In this document: piece after piece, positions 42,291 to 52,304 of the stretch
How the letters are laid out: the number at the start of each line of letters is the position of its first letter
Position numbering within the stretch: position 1 is the first letter of the stretch
Source: Clostridia bacterium
GTDB taxonomy: Bacteria; Bacillota; Clostridia; Lachnospirales; JAOARL01
Assembly (NCBI GenBank): GCA_025210555.1
Contig: JAOARL010000019.1
Coordinates: forward strand, 338-64,337
Reading direction: 5' to 3'
DNA length: 64,000 nucleotides
Notes under the pieces: model-generated
Database searches by the model: none
What the model was told of the DNA's origin: nothing
What the model saw: the letters and a program-made list of their open reading frames with translations, nothing else
Made by a program: the position numbers and the translations under genes

Positions 42291-43196
42291 ATGAAAAAAT
42301 CAAATAGAAGAACAACAAAGAAAACAAATAAAAAAGAAGTTGATGTAAAAGAAGTAAAAGATATTAAAGAAGAAAGAGAAAAGAAGATAAATTATCGCTG
42401 GTTAAGACTACATGGAAATTTTTACGATAGGAGAGTAATAAGACTTTTAAAGCGACATGAGGAAGGTAATACAATGGTTGTTATATACCAAAGGTTATTA
42501 CTGAATTCATTTAAAACAGGTGGGTTGCTTTCATATGAAGGAGTACTTCCAACTCTAGAAGAAGAATTAGAACTTGAGTTAGGAGAAAATATTAAAACAA
42601 TAACAGAAGCGCTTAAGTTTTTCTTAGAGCATGAGCTTCTAGTAGAAGTTGAAGAAAATGTGTATTTTTTGCCAGAGTTTGATGAATTAGTAGGTAAAGA
42701 ATGTGATAGTGCAAGTAGAGTTAGAAGGCATAGAGAAAAACAAAAAAAGTTAGCGTTACAATGTAACACAGAGAAAGAGAAAGAGTTAGAGGAGAGTAAT
42801 ATTATTGAAGAAGGAAAGAATGAATTAGTTGATCCTGTTTTATTACATCATATGAGCGAAATTGATATGAGTATGTATATACAAGAATTATTATTAAGAG
42901 TTGAGTTATATACATTAAGTAAGAATAAAAGTCTAACTAATGAATTACAAGATACAATTATAACTGTATTAGAAGAAATGATAAGAGTAGATTATTTAAT
43001 TATTGACTCTAAGAAGGTTTATAGTAAGAGAATTAAAGTAATATTAGACAGACTTAAATACGATAGCTTAGAACAAGCAATAGACCATTATATGGACGCA
43101 AGTAAAGGTCAGAAGATAAACAATCCTAAAAAGTATTTAATGGCGAGTATATATAACTCTGTAATTAATTGTGGACTTCTTGAAGCAACTGCGTAA
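42291..43196 (+). CDS. phage replisome organizer N-terminal-domain protein
   Basis: YRWLRLHGNFYDRRVIRLLKRHEEGNTMVVIYQRLLL matches the Phage_rep_org_N pattern. It is preceded by about 1 kb of AT-rich non-coding DNA containing short direct repeats. Confidence 0.65.
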   Translation: MKKSNRRTTKKTNKKEVDVKEVKDIKEEREKKINYRWLRLHGNFYDRRVIRLLKRHEEGNTMVVIYQRLLLNSFKTGGLLSYEGVLPTLEEELELELGENIKTITEALKFFLEHELLVEVEENVYFLPEFDELVGKECDSASRVRRHREKQKKLALQCNTEKEKELEESNIIEEGKNELVDPVLLHHMSEIDMSMYIQELLLRVELYTLSKNKSLTNELQDTIITVLEEMIRVDYLIIDSKKVYSKRIKVILDRLKYDSLEQAIDHYMDASKGQKINNPKKYLMASIYNSVINCGLLEATA

Positions 43197-43592
43197 AAAA
43201 CAGATAAAAAGTATATAAAAAACTTAAAATAAGTACCAAAGAAGGTATGAAAATGATGTAAAATTACTGTTTTATAATATGAAAATAGTAGAAAAAAGAA
43301 TGAAATATAAATTAAGGGGGAGGGGGTATCACAAAAGTTTAAGGGTATTAGCTATATGCCGAGCCACTACACACACATTAAAAAAATTCCCTTATGAAAA
43401 GTTTTAAAGAGATTTTATTGAGAATAGTGTTACTAAATAAGGAAGTTATATAGTTATTGAATATACGTTTTAAGGAGAGCTTCATGGAAGCTCTTTTTTA
43501 GCATATGGAATATGTGAAAATGCTTTACAAATCATATATAGAAAATTATAATGAATACAGGCTGAAAAATATACAAATAATAAATGGTTATT

Positions 43593-43629
43593 AAGGGCGA
43601 ATTATCTAAGTATAATTTGTCTTTTGTTG
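43593..43629 (+). terminator. cassette-leader hairpin, copy H7 (variant stem)
   Basis: ggttattaagggcgaattat...ataatttgtcttttg. It keeps the TTATTAAGGGC flank, but the stem sequence differs and still pairs (with G:U). Confidence 0.55.
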
Positions 43630-43678
43630 TATAAAGATATAAAACTATATATTTTATGATGAGATGGAGAGGGGTATA

Positions 43679-44971
43679 ATGGAAAAGAATTTAGATCAAA
43701 TCTTTAACGAGTTTGCAAACATCCTTGGGTCCTTAAGGGAGTTAAATAAAAGTGTAATAAAACTTTCAGAGGATATGGTTAAGAGTGCTTTTGAGAGCAC
43801 GGTAGATGAATTAGAAGATATTTATTTAATTGTTTTTGAAAGCTTAGACTATAAGTTATTAACTAATTGTGGTAGCGAAGATATTTCTAAAGAGGATTTA
43901 ATAAAGATTGCTAATAATTTGATTGAAAATAAGAGTGAAGTACAAGAAAATGTGATTAATAGGTTTAGGAGAATGATAGAAAATAATACAGAAGAAAATC
44001 TTAATAAAATTTTAAAAGAAAAAGATGCTATCATTAAGCTTCATAAAGAACAAATAAAAGCTAACATGTCATATAGAGCAATGCTTTTTACATTGACATC
44101 TGCTACTGAAAATTTTTTGAAAGAAATATTAGAATACATTTATAGGAATTATGATAACAAAGAGTTTGATATTAATATAAAGTTTTCTTTATCAGATCTT
44201 AATGACTATGATTCAATAGACCACATGAGAGACGAGTTATTAAAAAAACAGATAGATAGTGTTTTTTGGGGAAATATTGAAAGTGTCATTAAAGAAATTC
44301 AAAAATATAATAAAAGTTATTTTTTAACTAAAAAAGAATTAAATGTATTGTATGAAATATTTGCTAGACGTAATATACATATGCATAATAATGGTAAAAT
44401 TAATCAGGCGTATATTTATAAAGTAACAAATGAAAGTTTAAGTATTGGTGAAGAGTTAATGCTATCAGCTGAGTATTTAGAATCAAGTATTTTAAATACT
44501 ATATATATGTCATATATTATCACTTTTGCAGTAGCTATAAATAGCAATCCAAAGAATAAGGATGAATATGTAAATAGATTACTATGCAGTTGTGTAGAGT
44601 TAATAGATGAAAAGGATTATTTTATAGCAAAACAGATATTGAATAAAATAGATAAAAGGGGGATATATGAAAATACAATTACTAAATATTTTATTTTAGT
44701 AAATAAATATTTAATAAAAATATTAGAAAATGAAATTAGAGAAAAGGATATGCATGAGTTAGAGAAAATTCAAAAAGAACTTAAATTTAGAAAGGAAGAT
44801 ACTCGAGAGCTTGCATTAGGGATTAATTGTTTGAGAGGCCAAAAAAAAGAATTTATAGAGAAAATAAGAGAGGTTAAAGCGGAAAAATTTCAAGAAAAAT
44901 TCTTAAGGTATCCAATAGTAAAATTATTAGACTTAACTAAATCTGAAAAAGAGTTTATTTTAAATATCTAG
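43679..44971 (+). CDS. hypothetical protein with a HEPN-like RNxxxH motif
   Basis: FARRNIHMHNNG fits the Rx4H HEPN signature within a helical context. RBS GGAGAGGGG lies before the ATG at 43679. Confidence 0.6.
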   Translation: MEKNLDQIFNEFANILGSLRELNKSVIKLSEDMVKSAFESTVDELEDIYLIVFESLDYKLLTNCGSEDISKEDLIKIANNLIENKSEVQENVINRFRRMIENNTEENLNKILKEKDAIIKLHKEQIKANMSYRAMLFTLTSATENFLKEILEYIYRNYDNKEFDINIKFSLSDLNDYDSIDHMRDELLKKQIDSVFWGNIESVIKEIQKYNKSYFLTKKELNVLYEIFARRNIHMHNNGKINQAYIYKVTNESLSIGEELMLSAEYLESSILNTIYMSYIITFAVAINSNPKNKDEYVNRLLCSCVELIDEKDYFIAKQILNKIDKRGIYENTITKYFILVNKYLIKILENEIREKDMHELEKIQKELKFRKEDTRELALGINCLRGQKKEFIEKIREVKAEKFQEKFLRYPIVKLLDLTKSEKEFILNI

Positions 44972-45167
44972 TGCTAGCAGGTTAATATATCGAATTATTT
45001 AAAAAGGAACTATTATTATGTTTTAAAATGAAGATAGAGCATAAATTATTAGTAAGTATTAGTAGAAAAGAATAGTTGTTATGTAGGAAATGTAATTAAA
45101 ATATGATGGGTAAAATAAATAAAAAAGTATTTGTCATTACTATTTAGGGGAAAATATTATTAAAGAG

Positions 45168-46061
45168 GTGATAGGTGTGTCGGATAATGATTGTGTGGAA
45201 AAAAATAAGATGATTTTTGAGAAGTTAGCTAATAAAATGATAGAATTAATTTCATTTGAGGAAAGTTGTTTTAATGAATGGAGAACGAAGGTAGAGTTGC
45301 CTGGTTGTGGAAAAACTTATAGAATAGAATTTGAAAGAACAACGTTGTTAGTACTGAAGCATAATCTTCAAGGTGAAGAACTTGAACTATTTATGAAGAT
45401 ATATAAAAATACTATCTCTCAAAATATCGATAAAGAAATAATTAAAACGTTAAATGAATATAAGATTCTGAGAAGAATTTTGGAGTTAGGGTATGTAAAT
45501 GAGAATGCAAAAATTCTAAAAAGTGAATCGCCAGATTTTATTCTTAAATCTAATACTGAAAAAATAGGAGTGGAGATTACAGAAATTATTACGGAATCAG
45601 ATGCGGTTTATAGAAAAGCGATTTTTAAGTTGGATGAGTTTAATAAAGATGTTGATAGAATTAAAAGTGAAATAATAGATAAATATCCTAAAAAAGGTAA
45701 AGGCATAAGCGTTGAATGTATTGATGTTGCAGATGAAAAAATACTAATAACATCACCTTCAAAAGGTCTTGTATCAATTAATTCAAAGAGAGACAAATAT
45801 GTGGAACAAATATTAAATAAGTTTAATAAGTATAATGAAAAATTTGATATATACGATAAAAATATTATATTAGCCAATCCAGGAGACATAATTTCTTTAA
45901 CTGAATGTTGGGAGTTTGAAGAAGTAGCAGATAATTTTTTTAAACGATTGGGCACAGAAGATGTGGAAAAAGATATACAGATTGTAATATTAGCGGATAT
46001 CCAACACAATAAAAAGTTGTTTGTAATAGATACCAAAAAAAGAGATAGGTATTTAATATAA
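45168..46061 (+). CDS. hypothetical protein, upstream partner of the KAP NTPase
   Basis: A 297-codon ORF lying 24 nt upstream of the next gene. No motif recognised. Confidence 0.6.
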   Translation: MIGVSDNDCVEKNKMIFEKLANKMIELISFEESCFNEWRTKVELPGCGKTYRIEFERTTLLVLKHNLQGEELELFMKIYKNTISQNIDKEIIKTLNEYKILRRILELGYVNENAKILKSESPDFILKSNTEKIGVEITEIITESDAVYRKAIFKLDEFNKDVDRIKSEIIDKYPKKGKGISVECIDVADEKILITSPSKGLVSINSKRDKYVEQILNKFNKYNEKFDIYDKNIILANPGDIISLTECWEFEEVADNFFKRLGTEDVEKDIQIVILADIQHNKKLFVIDTKKRDRYLI

Positions 46062-46088
46062 AAATATAGTATAGAACGGAGTAAAGTG

Positions 46089-47567
46089 ATGTTATTTACA
46101 AATAAACCTATAGAAAATTTGAAATACGATAATGATTATTTTAATATATTACCTAAAGCAGAGATAATTAGTGTATTCTTAAATAAAAATCAAGATAAGA
46201 TAAAGCAAAAAGAAATTAAAATGATCTCTTTGTATGGTAACTGGGGAAGTGGAAAGACAACGTTAATGAAATTTTTAGATAAGGATACAAGATCTAATTA
46301 TAAAACAATATTTTTTGAAGCATGGGAACTAGAAAGAGATTCTGATATAACATTATCTCTTTTAGAAAAACTAGCAGATGAGATTACAGGAAATACAAAA
46401 GTAAAGTTTGAGTTAAAAAGAAGTTGGTTAGAACTTAAGGAACTTTCGAAAGAAATTGTATATAACACCAAGATTAAGTCTCCTATAGTAGATTCACTTG
46501 AAATAGATTTTGGTGCTGCTGTAAAAAATGCATATGAAAAAGTTAGTGAAGAATACGAAAAAAAATCTTTATTTAAAGCAAGAGAAGTATTTAAGGAGAA
46601 ATTTGCAATAATTGAAAGTAAAACAAAAAAGAAGTCAATTTTGATTTTTGTAGATGATTTGGATAGATGTTCACCAGAAAATACTTTGAAGTTACTCACA
46701 GATATTAAATTGTTTTTCACGTTAGGAAGTAAAACTATTTTTTTTGTAGGATTAGATAAACAAGCGGTTAGTAAAGCTGTACAAACAAAGTATTATGATA
46801 TTGTAAAGTCAGAAGAGTATTTAGAAAAAATATTTGATATATCGTTTAATATGCCTAAAACAAATAGTATTAGAAAATTAATAAAGTTGTATGTAGATGA
46901 GGTATTGTTAGTTAAAGTGGATGCAGAGAATACTGTAGATAAATTAGTAAATTTTTTCAAAACAATAAAATTTACAAATCCTAGACATTTAAAAAAAGTA
47001 TTAAATAAGTATTATTTTCTGAAAGATTTATATGAGGGTGAGACAAATTCAAGTATCCCAAAAGGAATTTTCAAAAATGACGTGGTTACAATGATTTTTG
47101 TGTTATATTTTATAGTTATATATGAATATAAGCAGGATATTTATGAAGATTTAAAAGATATAAAGAAAAGAGACAAAGTTTATTATAACTTATATAGAGC
47201 GCCAGGAAGTAAGGACGAACAATCATGGGGGAATCACATGAGCAATTTGTTAACAGAATCTCCGATAAATATAAAAAAGTTGTTAGCGGGTCCAAGTAAC
47301 AGTAGACCAGTAATTGATGAATTTCAAAAGTTGGTATATACATTTACACCATCAGTTAAAAAAGAATTTCATATGAGGCAAGCTCCATATAGGGATATTA
47401 ATGAGAGATTTATAAGACAATTTGAAGATGAGGAGAGAGATAGTATAGCAACTGACTTTTTAAGAGTATTGAAGTATATTTTTGAGGAAAATTCAAAATA
47501 CGACTTGAGTGAAATAAGTGAGTATGATATCAAAAAAATATTTGAGTTTGCAGAATTGTATCTGTAA
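46089..47567 (+). CDS. KAP-family P-loop NTPase (soluble type)
   Basis: Walker A SLYGNWGSGKTT, FFEAWELE and Walker B ILIFVDDLDRCSPEN. No TM insertion is visible. Confidence 0.8.
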   Translation: MLFTNKPIENLKYDNDYFNILPKAEIISVFLNKNQDKIKQKEIKMISLYGNWGSGKTTLMKFLDKDTRSNYKTIFFEAWELERDSDITLSLLEKLADEITGNTKVKFELKRSWLELKELSKEIVYNTKIKSPIVDSLEIDFGAAVKNAYEKVSEEYEKKSLFKAREVFKEKFAIIESKTKKKSILIFVDDLDRCSPENTLKLLTDIKLFFTLGSKTIFFVGLDKQAVSKAVQTKYYDIVKSEEYLEKIFDISFNMPKTNSIRKLIKLYVDEVLLVKVDAENTVDKLVNFFKTIKFTNPRHLKKVLNKYYFLKDLYEGETNSSIPKGIFKNDVVTMIFVLYFIVIYEYKQDIYEDLKDIKKRDKVYYNLYRAPGSKDEQSWGNHMSNLLTESPINIKKLLAGPSNSRPVIDEFQKLVYTFTPSVKKEFHMRQAPYRDINERFIRQFEDEERDSIATDFLRVLKYIFEENSKYDLSEISEYDIKKIFEFAELYL

Positions 47568-47791
47568 TGAAGTTGTATAGAAGGGAGATATTTAAATAAA
47601 AAAAGTTTTGTTTTAATTAGTAATGTTTTTAATATAAAACAAGCTTGGATGACTTCTAACATTCTTCTAACGAAAAAGGGTGTAAAAGGTTCCTAAAGCG
47701 TGTTATTATTATTTTTGAAAAGTGGCCTAGAGCCTTTAAATACGGGAAAAAGGGTGCAAAGGGTTCCTAAAGCTGCCAACTTGCTAAACGT

Positions 47792-47813
47792 GTTCGACTC
47801 CCCCCATCTCCAT
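47792..47813 (+). repeat. attR-type exact copy of the ssrA 3' end
   Basis: gttcgactccccccatctccat is identical to 33299-33320. Confidence 0.85.
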
Positions 47814-47869
47814 ATGTGACATTCACGATAAGACTAGAATGAAGAAAAATTAATAATTGAATAGTTATT

Positions 47870-47905
47870 AAGGGCAGAAAAATCAAGGGATTTTTATGTC
47901 CTTTT
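47870..47905 (+). terminator. cassette-leader hairpin + U-tract, copy H3
   Basis: aagggcagaaaaatc aag gatttttatgtcctttt, preceded by aatagttatt. RBS and ATG follow within 18 nt. Confidence 0.75.
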
Positions 47906-47922
47906 ATAGTGGAGGAAATTAT

Positions 47923-48996
47923 ATGAATTTAATGGAGACATTAAGTAAAACAGAAGAGAGAGAAAATGGAGGAGCTATTGCTAATCATAGATTTGAATTT
48001 CAAGAACATTGGGCTCTAATAAAGTTATTAGAGTTGTTTGTTGATAATGAAGACTTTATGTTAATTATGGAGTTCCATGATGATGTAATGGTATTAGATA
48101 AATCATTAAATCCAAGTTTGATGGAATTATATCAGATAAAAACAAATACAAAAAAAGTTAAAAACATAAATCCTACTAATAAAGAAAATTTAGAATATCT
48201 TAGGAAGTTGATATCTAATTATTCAAAATTTGAAAAGCATATAACAAATATTTATTTCATCTCAAATAAACATTTTAAAATAGGACTTAATGATATAAAG
48301 GATTCAACAACTTTAAATCAAATAAGGTTAAAAGATATAAAAGATGTAGAGATGAAAAAAATAAAGGAAAGTATTTGTGCGGAATGTAAAAAGCAGAATT
48401 GTAATGAAGAGTGTCGAGATGTAATTTTATTTAAAAAAAGTAAGTTGCCATTTGAAAATTTTAATGAGATTTCATATGGAAGGCTAATAGAGTTTTTAAA
48501 AAAAGTTGGTAATCCAAATTTAGAAGATGTAGATGCAATTTATTTTGCATTACTTTCACAAATAAGATTAGTTAACAATGTAGAAGAAAAAGCTAAAGAT
48601 TTTGAGGACTTAATAAAAAATAAAAGTATAACAAAGAAAAAAATGGAAGAATATATGAATGGCCTTAAAAGCAAAATAGAATTAAGAAAAGATTTGAGTT
48701 CAATTAGAACATTTTTAATAGAAAGCGGATTTAACCCTATGGAAGCAATTAAAATAGTAAATGAGTGGAAGAAATATTTTAAAGATAAGATAAATCAAAA
48801 CACGATGTTAGATGAAATAGAAGATAGTATATATGAAATCTTACGAACAAAAATTGATTTGAGCGATGACTTGAAAATTATTGTAAATGAGACGTGTAAT
48901 GAACTTATAGAGAAGAAAAAATTTGATGAAGACATTATTTCAAAAGAATATGTTAAGTCAATGATTTTGGAGAGGGTTATCAATGGAGAAAATTAG
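47923..48996 (+). CDS. Cap4/DUF4297-type nuclease-domain protein (LmuA-like)
   Basis: GGAIANHRFEFQEHWALIKLLEL...MEFHDDVMVLD...ELYQIKT matches the DUF4297 PD-(D/E)xK-like N-terminal block. Confidence 0.65.
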   Translation: MNLMETLSKTEERENGGAIANHRFEFQEHWALIKLLELFVDNEDFMLIMEFHDDVMVLDKSLNPSLMELYQIKTNTKKVKNINPTNKENLEYLRKLISNYSKFEKHITNIYFISNKHFKIGLNDIKDSTTLNQIRLKDIKDVEMKKIKESICAECKKQNCNEECRDVILFKKSKLPFENFNEISYGRLIEFLKKVGNPNLEDVDAIYFALLSQIRLVNNVEEKAKDFEDLIKNKSITKKKMEEYMNGLKSKIELRKDLSSIRTFLIESGFNPMEAIKIVNEWKKYFKDKINQNTMLDEIEDSIYEILRTKIDLSDDLKIIVNETCNELIEKKKFDEDIISKEYVKSMILERVINGEN

Positions 48997-49070
48997 TAGA
49001 GGTTTATTAGAAAAAAAAGAGAAGTATGAAAAATATAAAAAAATAATTAGAAATTTGAGGATGGGTAAAT

Positions 49071-50801
49071 ATGAACAAGCAAATACTATTAAAAAAACTA
49101 AAAATAATGTCAAAAAGTGAAAAAACATTTAAGGAAATAATTTTTGATGAAAAGTTAACTATTTTAAAAAGCGAGTTAGATGGTGGAGACACAACTAATA
49201 GAACTGGAAAATCTTTAATAATGAAAAGTATACCTTATGCATTTGGTGCAGAATTAGAAAAATACACTAAAAACTGGAAAAAATTGAGCATTGTGACTTG
49301 GCTAGAGTTTTCGTACATGAATGACGACTATCTTATTTTTAGAGATGGCGAAAAATTTATGGTTTACAAGAATAATATGATGTTTAATGCTGCAAAAAGT
49401 ATTGGTGAACTTAGAGATGTATATAGTGAATTGTTTGGGTTTAGTATTAAATTGGAGTTATCAAATAGAAGCGGAACTTCAACAATTTATCCAGGAGGAA
49501 TGTTGCTACCATTTTATATAGACCAAGATAAAGGGTGGGATGGTGAAAAACAATCTTTTGCAGATGTTAAATTTATAAAAGATTGGAGAAAGAACATATT
49601 ATACTTTTATACAGGAAGAAGGACAGAGAGATATTATGAAATACTTAAACTAAGAAGTGAACCAACAAAGAAAAGAGAAAAACTGAAGCATGAAAAAGCA
49701 GTCTTAGATAAATTAATTGATGAAGAAGAGTTTAAAAATATTGAATCATTAAAGGTTAATTTTGATTTAAAAGAATTTGAAGAAGAAACCAAAGAATTGA
49801 GCAATCTTTTAAATAAAAATTTAAAGCAAAAAGAATTGATACGAGAAAAACTTTTAAAACTTCATAATAAGCAATTTGAAATTAATCAAGAATATGAAAA
49901 TGCTAAAATTGGATTGGCAGAGTTAAGAAAAGATATTGATTACTTAAATAGCGAAATAAGAACAGAGGTTATTTTATGTCCGCTTTGTGGAACACGACAC
50001 GAAAATGATATTGAAAATAGATTTCTTGTTTACAAAGAAGAAAAAGAGTGTATTAAAATTATTGATAAATGCATTAATGAAGAAAGTAAAATTGCATTAG
50101 AATTAGAAAATGTTAAATTCGAACTTGAAGATATTTCAGCTGAGGTAAAAGAAATACAAGATATAATGGCTAGAAAGAAGGAAAATATAACATTTGAAGA
50201 AGTTGCAAAAGCTGAAGGAGTTAAACATCTTATAAAAGAACTTAAAGATAATTTAGAATATGTGGAAGAGAATATTTCAGGTTTGGATGGAGAAATAAAG
50301 AAGTATACAAATGAGATGACTCAAATAACAAAAAAATCTAAAAGCATTGAGGAAAAATTCCAAGCAACATTTAAAGAATATATTAAAACATTAAATGTAG
50401 TAGATTTTGAGGAAGAGGAGATTCATAAATTAGGTGACAAGATAAGCAGTGGAGGTAGTGATACTGCTAGAGCTATCTTGGCGGATTACTTAGCAATATA
50501 CAAGGTTATAGAAGGGAATCAAGCAATGCCTTTATTTCCAATAATAATAGACTCGCCTCGACAACAGGAACAAGGAACATTAAATTCATCAGCAATATTT
50601 GATTTTTTATTGGCAGATGATACAGAGAATGAAAACTATCAGATGATAATTGCTACTACAGAAATAGATAGCAAATATCAAAAAGATGCAAAAGTATATA
50701 ATTTTGTTGAGGTTAAAAGTTTACTTAAAAAAGAAGGATATGAAGAAACTTTTAGAGAATATCAAAATAATATAGCACATTTTTCAGCATGGACATTTTA
50801 A
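49071..50801 (+). CDS. SMC/Rad50-like ATPase with coiled coil (LmuB/DUF3732-like)
   Basis: P-loop TNRTGKSL, a long coiled-coil centre with CPLCG (hook-like), and C-terminal Walker B-like FPIIIDSPRQQEQ. Confidence 0.6.
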   Translation: MNKQILLKKLKIMSKSEKTFKEIIFDEKLTILKSELDGGDTTNRTGKSLIMKSIPYAFGAELEKYTKNWKKLSIVTWLEFSYMNDDYLIFRDGEKFMVYKNNMMFNAAKSIGELRDVYSELFGFSIKLELSNRSGTSTIYPGGMLLPFYIDQDKGWDGEKQSFADVKFIKDWRKNILYFYTGRRTERYYEILKLRSEPTKKREKLKHEKAVLDKLIDEEEFKNIESLKVNFDLKEFEEETKELSNLLNKNLKQKELIREKLLKLHNKQFEINQEYENAKIGLAELRKDIDYLNSEIRTEVILCPLCGTRHENDIENRFLVYKEEKECIKIIDKCINEESKIALELENVKFELEDISAEVKEIQDIMARKKENITFEEVAKAEGVKHLIKELKDNLEYVEENISGLDGEIKKYTNEMTQITKKSKSIEEKFQATFKEYIKTLNVVDFEEEEIHKLGDKISSGGSDTARAILADYLAIYKVIEGNQAMPLFPIIIDSPRQQEQGTLNSSAIFDFLLADDTENENYQMIIATTEIDSKYQKDAKVYNFVEVKSLLKKEGYEETFREYQNNIAHFSAWTF

Positions 50802-50802
50802 C

Positions 50803-50903
50803 GTGAGAAAATGGAGGTTGACTGCGTCGAACCCCCGTCCAAGTTTAGAGCTATTTTTGCATAAGAATTGACGTGAATGTAGCGAGGTACGGTCCATCTC
50901 CAT
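50803..50903 (+). repeat. conserved cassette right-end module R2, ending in the CATCTCCAT core
   Basis: Homologous to 36490-36592. It contains gtcgaacccccgtcc, the reverse complement of ssrA ggacgggggttcgac. The core is at 50895-50903. Confidence 0.75.
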
Positions 50904-51021
50904 CGCCACTAGACACAATTCGCTGTATCGTAAGTAAGAAAAGGGATACAGACTGAAAAGAATTTGTGGATAACTTTTTTGAATAAGACGTTGAACGTCA
51001 GACACAATTTAATATATTATC

Positions 51022-51065
51022 AAGGGCATAAAAAATTACTAAAAGGGGTTTTTATGTCCTTTTTT
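51022..51065 (+). terminator. cassette-leader hairpin + U-tract, copy H4
   Basis: aagggcataaaaa...tttttatgtcctttttt. RBS AGGAGGG and the ATG at 51083 follow. Confidence 0.75.
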
Positions 51066-51082
51066 ATTAGGAGGGATTACAT

Positions 51083-52300
51083 ATGACTGCTCAAGTCGCT
51101 GTAATGAATAAAAGAGCTGTTGCCTTAGCTACAGATAGTGCTGTAACAATCAATGGTGGAAGTAAAATTTATGATAGTGCTAATAAACTATTTATGTTAT
51201 CAAAAAAGCAACCTGTTGGGATAATGGTATACAGTAATGCAGAATTTTTAAGAGTTCCATGGGATATAATAATAAAAGGTTTTAGGAACTATATCGAATC
51301 TAAAAAGTTTGACTATTTAGGGGACTATAAAAGAGAATTTATGGAATATATAAAATCAAAAAGTGATGAATTCGAACTTGGAAAAACGTTTTCAGTAAGA
51401 AATATATATTCAATGATACTTGAGGATATATACGTTTTCTTAAGATCAAACTATACCGAAAGATACACAGGGGCAGAAGATTTTAATGAACTAATATTTA
51501 ATATTTTAAAGGAATATGACGATATAATAAAAAATGAAAGAGAACTATATGCAGGTTTTGATAATCTTATAGGTGAATTGACTAATTATAAACAAAGTCT
51601 AAATCAAATGATTACAAAAAGATTTGGAAGTTTAAGTAAAAGAAATTTTAATTTAATAAAACAAATTTGTCGTAATTCTTTTAAGAAAGATAGATATCAT
51701 AATGCTATAAGTACAGGTGTGGTTATTGCAGGTTATGGTGAAAAAGAAATTTTTCCAGTACTAGAAAATATAGAGATTAGTACAATGATAGGTAACAGCG
51801 TTGTATATAAGAAGAATGATAAGATTGCTATTAATGAAAGAAGCGATAGTTATGTACATGCTTTTGCTCAAAAGGAAACTGTTAACACATATTTATGGGG
51901 AATTAATGATAGATATATTAATAGTTTTGATGGTATAATAAAAGAAACAGTAATACCATTAAGTAATGATATTGGAAAAGATATGGTTGAAAGAATTTTA
52001 GCTAATTGGCAAAAAGGTATCGAGAAAATATTGGCTGATGCGAGAACTGACAATATTAAACCATTTATGGATGCCATACGCAGTTTGCCTAAGAGTGAAT
52101 TGGGGAATTTAGCGGAATCATTAGTTGATTTAACTTCAATAAAAAGGAGATTTACAATCAATAACTTAAGTAATACAGTTGGAGGTCCTATTGATGTTGC
52201 TATAATATCAAAAGATGATGGGTTTATTTGGTGCAAAAGAAAACATTATTTTGAAGCTGATTTAAATCATCATTTTTTTAAAAATTATTATGAGGGGTGA
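51083..52300 (+). CDS. proteasome beta-subunit-like (Ntn-hydrolase) N-terminal domain protein with a large C-terminal extension
   Basis: The N-terminus M-TAQVAVMNKRAVALATDSAVTINGGSKIYDSANKLFML aligns by eye with HslV/20S-beta. Thr is directly after Met, Asp is at mature position 17 and Lys at about 34. Confidence 0.5.
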   Translation: MTAQVAVMNKRAVALATDSAVTINGGSKIYDSANKLFMLSKKQPVGIMVYSNAEFLRVPWDIIIKGFRNYIESKKFDYLGDYKREFMEYIKSKSDEFELGKTFSVRNIYSMILEDIYVFLRSNYTERYTGAEDFNELIFNILKEYDDIIKNERELYAGFDNLIGELTNYKQSLNQMITKRFGSLSKRNFNLIKQICRNSFKKDRYHNAISTGVVIAGYGEKEIFPVLENIEISTMIGNSVVYKKNDKIAINERSDSYVHAFAQKETVNTYLWGINDRYINSFDGIIKETVIPLSNDIGKDMVERILANWQKGIEKILADARTDNIKPFMDAIRSLPKSELGNLAESLVDLTSIKRRFTINNLSNTVGGPIDVAIISKDDGFIWCKRKHYFEADLNHHFFKNYYEG

Positions 52301-52304
52301 TTAT

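Larger units (their letters stand above)
36593..47813. mobile_element. integrase-bearing integrative element (candidate unit between core copy B and the 22-nt attR)
   Basis: Bounded by the core at 36584-36592 and the exact ssrA 3' repeat at 47792-47813. It carries int, a replisome-organizer gene and arm-type repeats. The left boundary is uncertain. Confidence 0.5.

Noticed and set aside
48983-49120. A 45-aa ORF (MEKISRGLLEKKEKYEKYKK...) bridging the Cap4-nuclease and SMC-ATPase genes, considered as a possible LmuC-like middle component.
   Set aside because: It is very short and pure K/E low-complexity, and it overlaps 50 nt of the better-supported ATPase N-terminus (ILLKKLKI...FDEKLTIL beta-strands typical of ABC/SMC heads). 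It is retained only as a note.
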